Below, piece by piece: positions 19,812-29,611 of a DNA stretch of 64,000 nucleotides. Numbering within the stretch: the stretch's first letter is position 1; every line of letters starts with the position of its first letter. Below the pieces are notes generated by a model that was given only the letters and a program-made list of their open reading frames with translations, did not search any database and had not been told where the DNA came from. This DNA comes from Patescibacteria group bacterium (GTDB taxonomy: Bacteria > Bacteroidota > Ignavibacteria > Kapaibacteriales > Kapaibacteriaceae), in NCBI GenBank assembly GCA_044238605.1, contig JBIICY010000006.1, forward strand, positions 12,551 to 76,550, read 5' to 3'. A program made the translations under genes and the position numbers.

Positions 19812-19848
19812 CGGCAGCCCGGAAACGGGCTGCCGTTTCTATTTCTGG
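19812..19848 (+). terminator. Rho-independent terminator (GGCAGCCCG-GAAA-CGGGCTGCC stem-loop followed by a U-rich tail)
   Basis: A perfect 9-bp stem with a GAAA tetraloop, followed by GTTTCTATTTCT, lies about 30 nt after the paralog 3 stop. Confidence 0.7.
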
Positions 19849-19893
19849 CACAGTTGTTGGTGCACTGTTTTTTGATTACTTTTACGACTGTTC

Positions 19894-20415
19894 GTGAATT
19901 CCTACATAAACGATATCGCTTCTTTTGCATCGCGTCTGCTTCTTGTAGCTGCCGTACTGGTGTATTCCTACGCCACAGCAAGCGCTGATAACGCGAAAAA
20001 GTCGGTCGCCGGCAAGCAGCAGAAGTCCGTTGCGTCTCCTGTGCTGCCTATGGCAAGTGGCACGGTCTATGCGTCTGTAAAAGCAGTTGCAAGCCGCACA
20101 AAGGCGCTGGCGAAGACATCAGGCAAAGTGAACGCTGGGAATGATTCAACAGGGCGTGACAATCGAATTCTCTTTGCACGGACCTCCGGTGACGTGTTTA
20201 CCTCACGTATCGAGTTGGCAACCGAAGAGCCCCTTATCGAAATTGGCATTTATAACATGCTCGGCAAGCGCGTGATGGACGTTTACAAGGGGGCTTCTGG
20301 GCGTGGACAGCAGGAGTTTACACAGAGCTTGGCCGAACTTCCGGATGGGGTGTACATCTGCATTCTGCAGGGCGACAACTTCCGCAAGGCTGAAAAGTTC
20401 TATTTCCGTCGCTAA
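19894..20415 (+). CDS. Small T9SS C-terminal-domain protein (signal peptide, Ala/Lys-rich low-complexity segment, Por sorting domain)
   Basis: 173 aa. The C-terminus (…IEIGIYNMLGKRVMDVYKG…GVYICILQGDNFRKAEKFYFRR) resembles a T9SS C-terminal domain. Almost no cargo domain is present. Confidence 0.55.
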   Translation: MNSYINDIASFASRLLLVAAVLVYSYATASADNAKKSVAGKQQKSVASPVLPMASGTVYASVKAVASRTKALAKTSGKVNAGNDSTGRDNRILFARTSGDVFTSRIELATEEPLIEIGIYNMLGKRVMDVYKGASGRGQQEFTQSLAELPDGVYICILQGDNFRKAEKFYFRR

Positions 20416-20438
20416 GCAAACAATTGCATGAAATCTAA

Positions 20439-20467
20439 GAGCCGCCTTGAGCGGCTCGTTTTTTTTC
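20439..20467 (+). terminator. Rho-independent terminator (GAGCCGC-CTTGA-GCGGCTC followed by T8)
   Basis: A 7-bp stem followed by eight T residues, directly after the 19894-20415 gene. Confidence 0.75.
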
Positions 20468-20476
20468 GAGGTACCT

Positions 20477-21610
20477 ATGAAGTTCGCAACCAAAGCAATA
20501 CACATTGGACAAGAGCCAGAGAAGCTCACAGGCGCAGTTACCGTGCCGTTGTTTCAAACCTCTACCTACGCACAGCTTGAGATCGGCAAGCACACCGGTT
20601 TCGAATATGCCCGCACGCAGAACCCAACACGGTTTGCATGGGAAGAGAACCTAGCAGCAATGGAGGGCGGCGTGGATGCATTTGCATTCGGAAGCGGACT
20701 TGCCGCCGTGGATGCTGTAATGCGACTGTTGTCTGCCGGGGATCATGTGATCATGGCAGAAGACATGTACGGCGGAACGTACCGTTTGGCCGAGCGAATC
20801 CTAACCCGCTTTGGACTGTCGTTCTCGTACGTTGATATGCGAGAGATGAAGAATATCGAAGCAGCGATCAAGCCGAATACGCGCATGGTGTACACCGAAA
20901 CACCTACGAACCCGATGATGACCATCACAGATCTTGCAGCCGTTGCGTCTGTGGCAGCTGCGCACAATCTGTTAATGGTGGTAGATAACACGTTTGCTAC
21001 GCCGTACCTGCAGCGTCCGCTCGAACATGGTGCTCACATCGTGCTCCATTCGGCAACGAAGTACCTTGGCGGACACAGCGACCTTGTAAGTGGCATCGTT
21101 ACAACAAGCAGAGATGACATTGCGGAACAGCTCGGCTTTCTCCAGAATGCCGCCGGCGCAGTGCCGGGTCCGTTTGACGCGTGGCTGCTGCTGCGGTCTT
21201 CAAAGACGCTCGCTGTCCGTATGGACCGTCATTCATCCAATGCAATGACGATTGCAGAGTTCTGTGCTCAGCACCCAAAGATCAAGGCAACACACTACCC
21301 AGGCCTACCATCGCACCCTCAGCACGACATCGCAAAGCGCCAGATGTCTGCCTTTGGCGGCATGATCTCCATTGAGCTGGGCTCGCTAGAGCGCGCCGTC
21401 GAGGTAACAAACAAGCTTAAGCTCTTTACCCTGGCAGAGTCGTTAGGGGGCGTAGAATCGCTTGTATGCCATCCAGTAAGCATGACGCATGGTTCGATTC
21501 CTAAGGAGCAGCGGGAACGCCTTGGCGTAACAGACGGGCTCATCAGACTTTCCTGCGGTATTGAAGACGTGGAAGATTTGATGCTGGATGTTGAACAGGC
21601 TCTGGCGTAG
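20477..21610 (+). CDS. PLP-dependent cystathionine gamma-synthase/beta-lyase family enzyme (Cys/Met metabolism)
   Basis: MKFATKAIHIGQEP…TSTYAQ is the Cys/Met-metabolism PLP family signature. The start is placed at the Met that follows the terminator, not at the track start of 20447. Confidence 0.85.
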   Translation: MKFATKAIHIGQEPEKLTGAVTVPLFQTSTYAQLEIGKHTGFEYARTQNPTRFAWEENLAAMEGGVDAFAFGSGLAAVDAVMRLLSAGDHVIMAEDMYGGTYRLAERILTRFGLSFSYVDMREMKNIEAAIKPNTRMVYTETPTNPMMTITDLAAVASVAAAHNLLMVVDNTFATPYLQRPLEHGAHIVLHSATKYLGGHSDLVSGIVTTSRDDIAEQLGFLQNAAGAVPGPFDAWLLLRSSKTLAVRMDRHSSNAMTIAEFCAQHPKIKATHYPGLPSHPQHDIAKRQMSAFGGMISIELGSLERAVEVTNKLKLFTLAESLGGVESLVCHPVSMTHGSIPKEQRERLGVTDGLIRLSCGIEDVEDLMLDVEQALA

Positions 21611-21635
21611 ACCAAACACGACGATAACAACACCC

Positions 21636-21643
21636 GCACTCCT
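21636..21643 (+). promoter_or_regulatory. TATATTTG, an exact match to the Bacteroidota -7 consensus TAnnTTTG, ending 6 nt before the dcd ATG
   Basis: The motif is seen in the sequence. The spacing implies a leaderless or near-leaderless dcd transcript. That the lineage uses this consensus is inference. Confidence 0.3.
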
Positions 21644-21649
21644 CTATAT

Positions 21650-22210
21650 TTGCACATGATCCTTACCGACGCAGAAATCCTGGCATGCATGGAGAAAGGC
21701 AGTATCAAAGTTGAGCCTTTCGACCGTGCCTATCTTGGCTCCAACTCCTACGACGTGCATCTTGGCGGCATGCTTGCCGAGTATGTTAATCGCGAGCTGG
21801 ATGCAAAGAAGCATAACAAGATCGAGCTCTACCCGATCCCTGAAGAAGGCATTGTACTTGTTCCTGAGAAATTCTATCTCGGTGTTACTCAGGAGTACAC
21901 CGAGACGCTGGAGCATGTACCGTTTCTTGAAGGCAAGTCCAGCGTTGGACGTCTAGGAATAGACATCCACGCTACCGCTGGTAAGGGCGACATTGGCTTC
22001 TGTAATTTCTGGACACTTGAGATAAGCGTAAAGCAGCCAGTACGGGTCTACGCAGGCATGCCGATCGGACAGCTGATCTATTTCAAGGTAGAGGGTGATG
22101 TGATCAACCCGTACAACGCTAAACCGTCAGCGAAGTACAATGCTCGTGCACCGATTCCTGTGGAGTCGATGATGTGGAAGAACTTCCCTCCAGAAGAGCA
22201 AAAGTCATGA
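21650..22210 (+). CDS. dcd: dCTP deaminase
   Basis: 186 aa; MILTDAEILACMEKGSIKVEPFD…SNSYDVHLG is the typical Dcd N-terminus. Confidence 0.9.
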   Translation: MHMILTDAEILACMEKGSIKVEPFDRAYLGSNSYDVHLGGMLAEYVNRELDAKKHNKIELYPIPEEGIVLVPEKFYLGVTQEYTETLEHVPFLEGKSSVGRLGIDIHATAGKGDIGFCNFWTLEISVKQPVRVYAGMPIGQLIYFKVEGDVINPYNAKPSAKYNARAPIPVESMMWKNFPPEEQKS

Positions 22211-22794
22211 TACGCGCAGCACTGCTCATGCTCGTATGTGCTGCCATGCTCGCCGCATGCGGCGGCGACGGCGAGTACGACCCGAATGAGCTAACGGTGG
22301 CGCGTCAGGAAAAGGATGCGATGTTTCGTGATAGCGAGAACAGCCCCATTCCTGTTGATCAACGCTCTGGATTTACGGGGCTAAAGTACTTTGATCCAGA
22401 TCCAGAATATGTGGTAACGGCTACATTTACGGAATCCTCAAAGCCAGATACAATTACGCTTCAAACGTCGAAAGCCTCGAAACGGCAGGCAGTGCGAGCA
22501 GGTCGTTTTTCATTCGAACTGCAGGGAAAGAACCTTAAGCTATGGGCGTATACGTTCATCGACGCTGAAGCAGATGATTCGTTTTTTGTCCCATTCACCG
22601 ATAAGACTACCGGACACGAAACCTATTACGGCGGGAGATATCTCGATGTGCCAGTACTCGAAGAGGATGAGTACCTCCTAGATTTCAATCAGGCATACAA
22701 TCCTTTCTGCGCATACAATCCCAACTTTACATGTCCTCTTGTACCAGCAGAGAATGATCTGCTGATAGCTGTCCGTGCAGGAGAGAAAAAGTGA
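22207..22794 (+). CDS. DUF1684-family lipoprotein
   Basis: The signal/lipobox is …LAACGG. The motif FNQAYNPFCAYNPNFTCPLVPAEN is characteristic of DUF1684. The start overlaps the dcd stop (ATGA). Confidence 0.65.
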   Translation: MIRAALLMLVCAAMLAACGGDGEYDPNELTVARQEKDAMFRDSENSPIPVDQRSGFTGLKYFDPDPEYVVTATFTESSKPDTITLQTSKASKRQAVRAGRFSFELQGKNLKLWAYTFIDAEADDSFFVPFTDKTTGHETYYGGRYLDVPVLEEDEYLLDFNQAYNPFCAYNPNFTCPLVPAENDLLIAVRAGEKK

Positions 22795-23405
22795 GAGTGT
22801 GCTGGCTGCTGATGATTACAACTGCACTCTTTGTGCAGTCGTGTCTGTTCGTGAAAGCACCTGAAGAAAAGATCGACGTTCAAAACGTTGCACTAAGTCC
22901 GCAGCCCGAGATCGAGATGAGCGACAACCTCGTACGCACGCGCGCTGGAGACCTTATCGCGTTGCTGCCAAAGGGGTGGGTCTTTCTTGATACACGCAAC
23001 GAAGCATCAGCAGATATTCTTTCGGTGGCCGTAAATCCGGACTACACCCTGTCGATGGTGGTTTCTTCGATCGCTGCCGCAGAATCCTCAAAAGAACGCA
23101 TGGCAAGCGAAGGCCTCCTGGGCCTTGCCCGAGCAGCCTTCCAAAAACACGTCCGCAAGACCGGCGGAACAGCCAAGATCGTAGGAGCATATCGTATTGC
23201 CGAACTCGGCGCCCGCACGTTTGCCGGCTTCGACTTTAGCACAACAGGCGGCGGGATGCGCACCCGCTGCGCGGTATGCACATCTTCGCTCGGCAACCAT
23301 TACGAGATCTCTCTCGTACCGCTAAATGTTACCGGCAGGGATCTTCCTGATACACAAGAACAGGATCGGATCTTTCGGTCGATTCTCGCAACAGTTCAAT
23401 ACTGA
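22791..23405 (+). CDS. Hypothetical lipoprotein
   Basis: 204-aa ORF with GTG (22791) or ATG (22812) as possible starts. The signal peptide ends in VQSC. No recognisable domain. Its start overlaps the stop of the DUF1684 gene. Confidence 0.5.
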   Translation: MRVCWLLMITTALFVQSCLFVKAPEEKIDVQNVALSPQPEIEMSDNLVRTRAGDLIALLPKGWVFLDTRNEASADILSVAVNPDYTLSMVVSSIAAAESSKERMASEGLLGLARAAFQKHVRKTGGTAKIVGAYRIAELGARTFAGFDFSTTGGGMRTRCAVCTSSLGNHYEISLVPLNVTGRDLPDTQEQDRIFRSILATVQY

Positions 23406-23407
23406 TC

Positions 23408-23815
23408 ATGCAGCTTTCTGAAGACACACTGGCCGTTATCAACTACCTTCACGAGGCCATTGAAGGGGGCTTACGCAAGCGTAACGACGTAGCAGTAGTT
23501 CTCGAACTTGCTGCCGCTACCGACGATGCAGAGACGTTTAACAACGTTACACGACTGGGCACAGGAGCGTGGAAGGTCTATTCAACCCTTCGCCGCGTAA
23601 AACCAGGCGATGAAGGATACCGTCTGCTCGAAGAAGAGTTCGCACGTCAGATCAATGACCTCCGCGAGAACCTTGCTACCCTGATGAACAACGCCGATGA
23701 TGAGACGCTTAAGCGCTTTGACGAGGTATACTTCGGTATGACGCAGGGCGTACTTCGCAACCTTGTGGACTTGTCGCACGACCTGTCCAAGATCAAGGAT
23801 CTTCAGCGGGGGTAG
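23408..23815 (+). CDS. Hypothetical cytoplasmic protein
   Basis: 135-aa ORF starting 3 nt after the preceding stop, which makes it the last gene of the dcd operon. No recognisable domain. Confidence 0.45.
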   Translation: MQLSEDTLAVINYLHEAIEGGLRKRNDVAVVLELAAATDDAETFNNVTRLGTGAWKVYSTLRRVKPGDEGYRLLEEEFARQINDLRENLATLMNNADDETLKRFDEVYFGMTQGVLRNLVDLSHDLSKIKDLQRG

Positions 23816-24296
23816 CCCCTTTCCGAAAGTAGTCCCTCGCGAGCGACAAGGCGCGTTGATGACGTTTCCGCATTGCTGGTGGACTCACCTGAAGCTCATC
23901 AGCGATGACGCGAAGCGGCGCTCCATCCAGATAATGCCGTCGCAGAATCAACGCATAGTGATCTGGCAGCACGCGCAGAACGCACTGCACATCAAGATCC
24001 TGATCGATGTTCTGCTCGCTTAGCAGGCAGCCCTGCTCCTCCTGTAAGGTCTCCCACCCAAGAGCGGTATCCCTATCCGGGTAGAGAAATCGCTCGCGAT
24101 GTTGAACAAGCTTCAGCATCATGCGCTTGGCGATCACCGTTGCATAGGCCTGCTGATTATCGGGTGCCTCGCAAAGCTGCTGTCGCTCCCACGAGTGCAC
24201 CACTGTAGCCTGAATCACATCATGCACATCATCATACTGCGACCGTGCAAATGTGCGTGTGATCATGCGGTAGAGTTCCGACTTATCGATCTCCAT
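23793..24296 (-). CDS. ECF-type sigma-70 family RNA polymerase sigma factor
   Basis: 167 aa. The sigma region 4 HTH is present (…LPDHYALILRRHYLDGAPLRVIADELQVSPPAMRKRHQRAL…), as is region 2-like sequence. Confidence 0.7.
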   Translation of the reverse strand: MEIDKSELYRMITRTFARSQYDDVHDVIQATVVHSWERQQLCEAPDNQQAYATVIAKRMMLKLVQHRERFLYPDRDTALGWETLQEEQGCLLSEQNIDQDLDVQCVLRVLPDHYALILRRHYLDGAPLRVIADELQVSPPAMRKRHQRALSLARDYFRKGATPAEDP

Positions 24297-24348
24297 ACAA
24301 AAACGCCCCCTGTATTGCTGCGATGTGTCGCAACGTAGAGGGGGCGTT
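24297..24348 (-). terminator. Minus-strand hairpin terminator (AACGCCCCCT…AGGGGGCGTT, 10-bp stem, followed by TTTTG) between the GH31 gene and the ECF sigma gene
   Basis: The inverted repeat is read directly. On the minus strand the U-tract abuts the ECF sigma ATG. Confidence 0.55.
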
Positions 24349-24384
24349 GTGTTTCAACAATCAGAAGATCGAGAATGTGCATTC

Positions 24385-26847
24385 TCAGTATGTGAAGGTT
24401 ATCTCTCCCGACGAGAACGGCGCTGTGAGTGTTTTCACCGGTAGCGCTGTATTGTCTGAAGCACCGCCCAGGGGATCGAACTTCTGGATGCCGCCCAGGA
24501 ATGCGAAGACGTCGTCCTGTACACGTGCTGGCGTCCCGTTGATAGACGCACTTGCAGGCTGAACACCACCGTGAATAACCACGCGAAGATACTTGAACCC
24601 GCTCTGGAAGGCACCTCTCGCAGCCGACACAGACAGTGTGCGCTTGGCTGCATTGTGCACGATGGAACGCGATACGCTTGTACCCTTTTCATAATCGTAG
24701 CTCTTGCCGTCATCATCATACCACGTTGCTGTGCGTGTTGTGCTGCCCGGCCAGATGTGAACACGGAGCGTGTCTGAAGGCAGTTCCTTCGTTGACTGAA
24801 CAAGCGACTGCGCAAAGAGGATACCGCCCTCGCGGACAAAGATCGGAAGCTTCTCAATCGGCGAATCAACGATTACGCTGCTGCCCCCAGCAAATGAAGC
24901 ACCATCATGCAGAGAATACCACGAGCCCCCTGCTGGAAAATACACGCGGGTAAAACGCTCGTAGCTTGGCGTAGGACATATCATAAGATCTGCACCAACA
25001 GTAAACTGATGCAGATACTGCCAGTCATAAACGTTGTTATCAAATGGATGTTCAATCACCATTGGCCGCATGATTGGGAGCCCCGACACTGATGCTTCGT
25101 GGAAGGCCGAATACAACGTAGGCATCAGGATGTAGCGCATAGAGATATAGTTACGGCAGATCTGCTCTACGCGCTCGCCGAACGACCAAGGTTCCTGGCT
25201 CTTGTTATCGATGGCAACGTGAGCACGGAAGAAGGGCGTAAAGGCACTGATCGTTGTCCATCGAGCAAAGAGCTCCTTCGACGGATTGCCTGTAAAGCCC
25301 CCTACATCCATACCTACGAATGGCACACCTGTTAGTCCCATGCTGTTCAAGAGACGGATGCCGGCCATCATGTGGTCGTCGTTTGACTGATTATCACCCG
25401 TCCACACGGCGCTATAGCGCTGTATGCCGCTATATCCTGAGCGTGTAAGGATAAACGGACGCTCGTTGCCAAGAAGCTTGCGAGTTCCTTCGTACGTAGA
25501 GCGAGCCATCTGCATGCCGTAGACGTTGCGACCTAGGAGGTGGGTAGCTCCCGTTCCCTCGAAGCCAAAGAGGATGTTGTCTGGCATGAACTGACCCCAC
25601 GTGGCGATCTCGTTCATGTCGTTCCAGAATCCACGCACGCCGTCTTTGACGAGTCCAGAAAACTGTTCACCCCACCACTGGCGGGCCTTGGGCATGGTAA
25701 AATCTGTAAAGTGACACCAGCCCGGCCATACCTGACCCTGATAGAGACTTCCATCGGAGTACTTCAGGAAGTGGTCCTTGGCAACTCCTTCGTCATACTG
25801 CTTGTATCCCTTTTCAACTTTAATGCCGGGATCGACGATCACGGTTGTATTGAAGTTTAGCTTCTGCAGTTGATCCAGCATTCCTTTCGGGTTTGAGAAT
25901 CGAAGTGAGTCCCACGTAAAGAGCTTGTAATCCTGCATGTAGTGAATATCCAGGTAGATCACATCTGCTGGAATCTTGCGCTCACGAAATGTGCGGGCAA
26001 CATTGAGCACCTGGGTATCCGGGTAGTACGAGTATCGGCACTGCTGATATCCAAGCGCCCACTTTGGAGGCATCGGAGTAGTACCCGTGAGCTTTGCATA
26101 GGAGCTGATGATACTTGGTACAGATGAACCGGCAACAACGTAATACCGAAGATCACCGTCTTCAACACCGAAGGAGGAAAAGCGATTGTTCGATGCGCCA
26201 AAGTTGAATCGTGTACGTGAGCTGTTATCGAGAAACAACCCGTACATCGCAGAACGTGAGTGGAGTCCGATGTAGAACGGCGTTGACATGTAGATCGGAT
26301 CTGCACCACTCGGATAACCGAAGAAGTCTGTATTCCAATGCGTGTAGCCGTTACCGCGACGATCCAGCGGACCCGTCTTTTCGCCAAGCCCAATGAAGCG
26401 CTCGTCTGCGTGCATCACCTTGTAGTTTGTGATATGCGAGCCAGCCCATGAGATTCCAAGTTTCTCATCATCTTCTACGAGAACATTACCCTTTTTGTCC
26501 CACACGGTTACCGCGATGGGGGCTAGGTTCACTTGAATGGAAAGTGAATCAGTGGTGAGTTTGTACACTTCGTTATTGTTCTTCTGCTCTATCAACGTCG
26601 TTTCGTACGCAGTTGAGATAACCGCGTACGACAGCGTGTCATAGGTATCGGACTTCGTTAGATGTATGCGCACTGTTGACGCATTGACCACTGTAATCAT
26701 CAAACGTCCGTTTGATGCAATGATCTCGGCTCCTCGCGCATTCGGCACCACCTTGGTGGCGTTGCCAAGACGCTCTATCGTAAGGCGCTGAGCAGAAGAT
26801 TGCGCTGCAAGTATGCAGGCGCACAGCAGTACAAGGATGTGTTTCAT
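24385..26847 (-). CDS. GH31 alpha-glucosidase (SusB-like), secreted
   Basis: 820 aa with a signal peptide. The GFWNDMNE catalytic-nucleophile motif of family GH31 is present. Confidence 0.9.
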   Translation of the reverse strand: MKHILVLLCACILAAQSSAQRLTIERLGNATKVVPNARGAEIIASNGRLMITVVNASTVRIHLTKSDTYDTLSYAVISTAYETTLIEQKNNNEVYKLTTDSLSIQVNLAPIAVTVWDKKGNVLVEDDEKLGISWAGSHITNYKVMHADERFIGLGEKTGPLDRRGNGYTHWNTDFFGYPSGADPIYMSTPFYIGLHSRSAMYGLFLDNSSRTRFNFGASNNRFSSFGVEDGDLRYYVVAGSSVPSIISSYAKLTGTTPMPPKWALGYQQCRYSYYPDTQVLNVARTFRERKIPADVIYLDIHYMQDYKLFTWDSLRFSNPKGMLDQLQKLNFNTTVIVDPGIKVEKGYKQYDEGVAKDHFLKYSDGSLYQGQVWPGWCHFTDFTMPKARQWWGEQFSGLVKDGVRGFWNDMNEIATWGQFMPDNILFGFEGTGATHLLGRNVYGMQMARSTYEGTRKLLGNERPFILTRSGYSGIQRYSAVWTGDNQSNDDHMMAGIRLLNSMGLTGVPFVGMDVGGFTGNPSKELFARWTTISAFTPFFRAHVAIDNKSQEPWSFGERVEQICRNYISMRYILMPTLYSAFHEASVSGLPIMRPMVIEHPFDNNVYDWQYLHQFTVGADLMICPTPSYERFTRVYFPAGGSWYSLHDGASFAGGSSVIVDSPIEKLPIFVREGGILFAQSLVQSTKELPSDTLRVHIWPGSTTRTATWYDDDGKSYDYEKGTSVSRSIVHNAAKRTLSVSAARGAFQSGFKYLRVVIHGGVQPASASINGTPARVQDDVFAFLGGIQKFDPLGGASDNTALPVKTLTAPFSSGEITFTY

Positions 26848-26848
26848 G

Positions 26849-29611
26849 TTAGCGTTGGATCACAAATGACGTGGTATATGTTGTTGTTTCAGTGGTAAAT
26901 GTTGCCATGTATACTCCGCTGCCAAGCATACCTGGATCGATATGTGATGCAGTTGTGTCGAGCTCACTCACAGCCTGTTCGTGCACGATCCTGCCTACTG
27001 CGTCTGTTACACGCAAGGTGCCGGATAGCCGTGGCATGGTAATCGTAAGTGTGGAGGAGGCAGGCTGAGGGAACACAGTGAGTGCTTCGTTGTTGTGCAC
27101 CGTCTCATCATCCACAGAAGAGACTAAACCATACACAGGCTGAGTAGTATACAATCTGTACTCGCCCGGTTGAAGCAGAACAGAGTTCTGATCGAGGTAC
27201 ACACTGTACTGTCTCTTTGCAGTGTAGTCGAACCACGTTCCCTTTCTCGTAAACGGCAGATTTACTGTCCGTGCGGCTACATCAAAGTTGCCTACATAGA
27301 GCAGGTCGCATGATGCATCCTTGATCAAAATCGTCTTTACAAGATCACCCGTCTGAAGTGTTGCTGAGAGCGATGCAAAGCACGCGTAGCGTTTGCGTGC
27401 CTCGCAGAGATCTGCCACAGCCTGATAGACACTCATCCTGCGCTGGTCCTTGAGAAGCGGCCATGCAAGGGGCTTGCGGCCAAGCCTACCGTTAAGATCA
27501 ATGTTGTAGGGATATCCGATTTCATTGAACTGCCAGAGCATCTTGGGTCCGGGCACGCAGAGCGTTGCAACCATTAAGGCTTCCAGTCTCTTGAGAGCAG
27601 TTGCTGTATCCTTCGTTGAATAGCCCCCTTCGACCTTGCCAAAATTGACGCTGCGATAGATCGTGCGCTCTTCGTCGTGACTCTCAACATAGCCAACGAG
27701 GCCGTGCCTGGTAAAGCCCCTTCGCTGAGCACTCATCGACGAAGCGATGTCGTTGTTCGAGAACGACATAACAGCCTGCGAACCGGCATAGTTAGCGTTA
27801 GCCCACAACACAGCACCATTGTTTGCGAGCTCCTTCTCTTCGTCGTTATCAGCAAAGTGCTCAAGAATGTTAATGAACGTTGGATCCACTTCACGAGTAG
27901 CAGACATAAAGCGCTTGAGAATCGCAATGCGTGAGGCGTCGTACTTTGACATCAACGAAGCATCACTGCCAGAGAAGAACTGCGTTAGCCCCTTTGAAAG
28001 ATCATAGCGATATCCATCGATCTTGAATTCTCGGATCCAGTGCTGTAGGAATCGAATTGAATACTCGCGGGTTACAATGCTCTCATGGTTCATGTCGTAG
28101 CCAACATTGAACGGATGTGTAGGCGTAACGTTGAAGTATGGATTCTCTGTTGTTGGCCCTGCGACACTACCCCATAGGTTGACAAGGGGCGACTGGCCAA
28201 ACTGGTGATTGAGAACGATGTCGAGGATCACAGCTATGCCCTGTGCATGCGCCTCATCAACGAGCCGCTTGAAGTCGTTTGCGGTACCGTAGTATTTATC
28301 TACCGCAAACAAGTGGCTCGGATTATAGCCCCAAGAATCATTGCCCTCAAACTCCGTTACCGGCATGAGTTCAATAGCGGTTACTCCTAAGCGCTTTAGG
28401 TATGGCAGAGAATCTATCACACCCTGGAATGAACTCTTGTCGGTGAAGTCGCGAACAAGCAGCTCGTATACTACGAGGTTATCACGGTTTGGACGAACGT
28501 ACTGCTGCGTGCGCCATGTATAAGGCTCAAGTGATGTGTTGATTACCGAGACAATTCCCTGCGTCTTACCTGTTGGGTATTGAGGCAGGCTTGGAAAACG
28601 CCACGACTCGATAAAGCGATCGTTTGGATCACTCACCTGCGATGAGTACGGATCGCTGATACGGCGGTCGTTATCAATCGACCACTGAAACATCGTCTGT
28701 CCATTTTTCTGAATCGGTATCTGCGTCCACCAACGTAGATTGTCTGGAGTAACATTGCAGTAGTAGTCCGTTGTTCGCACCCAATTCGTGAAAGGTCCAA
28801 CAACATATATCTCCTGCTTCTTTGGAGCATAGAGCACCAAGATGGCCGTTGTGTCGTTGAGCACCGTGATACCGTCCGGAACACCAGCTGGCACAGGGGC
28901 AACACGTGGTCGTGGTCGTACGCGTATCGTAAACGTGTCGCGAATTGCTCCGCCGAGAGCGTTATAGGTGATGATTTCGATCTTGGTAGTCTTTACAACG
29001 GTATAGTCTACGGAGACGGTATCATTCTGAACTCTTGCGATCTCTTTGTTGTCCGCACTGATCTGCATCAACGGAACATTGTCGGAAGCAATTGCCTTGA
29101 TCGGTACTACCTGACCTGAGTCTACTACGCGCTCGTTCTCCAGCGGAGAGAGCGTGCGCAGATATGTTCCGGGTGAGTACAACTCAACATAGATATCAGA
29201 TCCGTTCTCTGCTCGGCCGACGCGAGTGCCGTCGCTCGAGCGGAAGACGAATGCGAGTTGTCGAATCACCTCGGTTCCGGTTACACCGTAAAATGACCGT
29301 GGATTGTTGATCTTAAGCGAGTACACGTCCTTTGTCATTCGCGTTAGCTTACACTCAGACATGTTCGTTGTCCACGTTGCTTTTACGAACCGCCAATCAG
29401 TGAGCGACGTGCTGAGGAACGTGATTACACCAGTATGAGCATAGACGTCGCCAGTAAATCCAGCCAGGGCTTTATTTCCCTTGCTGGCATCAAAGAACAC
29501 GGTGATCGAATCTGTCTGCGTTGGGAACGTTGGTGTTGTGTACACAACCTGTGCTGTGGCAGTAGCACACGCTGTAACGACTGTCATGAGCAGAATTGCA
29601 AGGCGTTTCAT
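26849..29611 (-). CDS. GH13 alpha-amylase (SusG-like) with an N-terminal binding module and a T9SS C-terminal sorting domain
   Basis: GH13 regions are present: DIVLNH, GYRYDLSKG and YVESHD. The start is placed at the internal Met (MKRLAILL…, a signal peptide). The C-terminus reads …GVYMATFTTETTTYTTSFVIQR. Confidence 0.9.
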   Translation of the reverse strand: MKRLAILLMTVVTACATATAQVVYTTPTFPTQTDSITVFFDASKGNKALAGFTGDVYAHTGVITFLSTSLTDWRFVKATWTTNMSECKLTRMTKDVYSLKINNPRSFYGVTGTEVIRQLAFVFRSSDGTRVGRAENGSDIYVELYSPGTYLRTLSPLENERVVDSGQVVPIKAIASDNVPLMQISADNKEIARVQNDTVSVDYTVVKTTKIEIITYNALGGAIRDTFTIRVRPRPRVAPVPAGVPDGITVLNDTTAILVLYAPKKQEIYVVGPFTNWVRTTDYYCNVTPDNLRWWTQIPIQKNGQTMFQWSIDNDRRISDPYSSQVSDPNDRFIESWRFPSLPQYPTGKTQGIVSVINTSLEPYTWRTQQYVRPNRDNLVVYELLVRDFTDKSSFQGVIDSLPYLKRLGVTAIELMPVTEFEGNDSWGYNPSHLFAVDKYYGTANDFKRLVDEAHAQGIAVILDIVLNHQFGQSPLVNLWGSVAGPTTENPYFNVTPTHPFNVGYDMNHESIVTREYSIRFLQHWIREFKIDGYRYDLSKGLTQFFSGSDASLMSKYDASRIAILKRFMSATREVDPTFINILEHFADNDEEKELANNGAVLWANANYAGSQAVMSFSNNDIASSMSAQRRGFTRHGLVGYVESHDEERTIYRSVNFGKVEGGYSTKDTATALKRLEALMVATLCVPGPKMLWQFNEIGYPYNIDLNGRLGRKPLAWPLLKDQRRMSVYQAVADLCEARKRYACFASLSATLQTGDLVKTILIKDASCDLLYVGNFDVAARTVNLPFTRKGTWFDYTAKRQYSVYLDQNSVLLQPGEYRLYTTQPVYGLVSSVDDETVHNNEALTVFPQPASSTLTITMPRLSGTLRVTDAVGRIVHEQAVSELDTTASHIDPGMLGSGVYMATFTTETTTYTTSFVIQR

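Noticed and set aside
19846-19862. Sigma-54 promoter-like TGGCAC-N5-TTGG upstream of the small T9SS gene
   Set aside because: The -24 GG element is present but the conserved -12 GC reads GG, so this is probably a chance match. It is noted only because a sigma-54 activator is encoded in the window.
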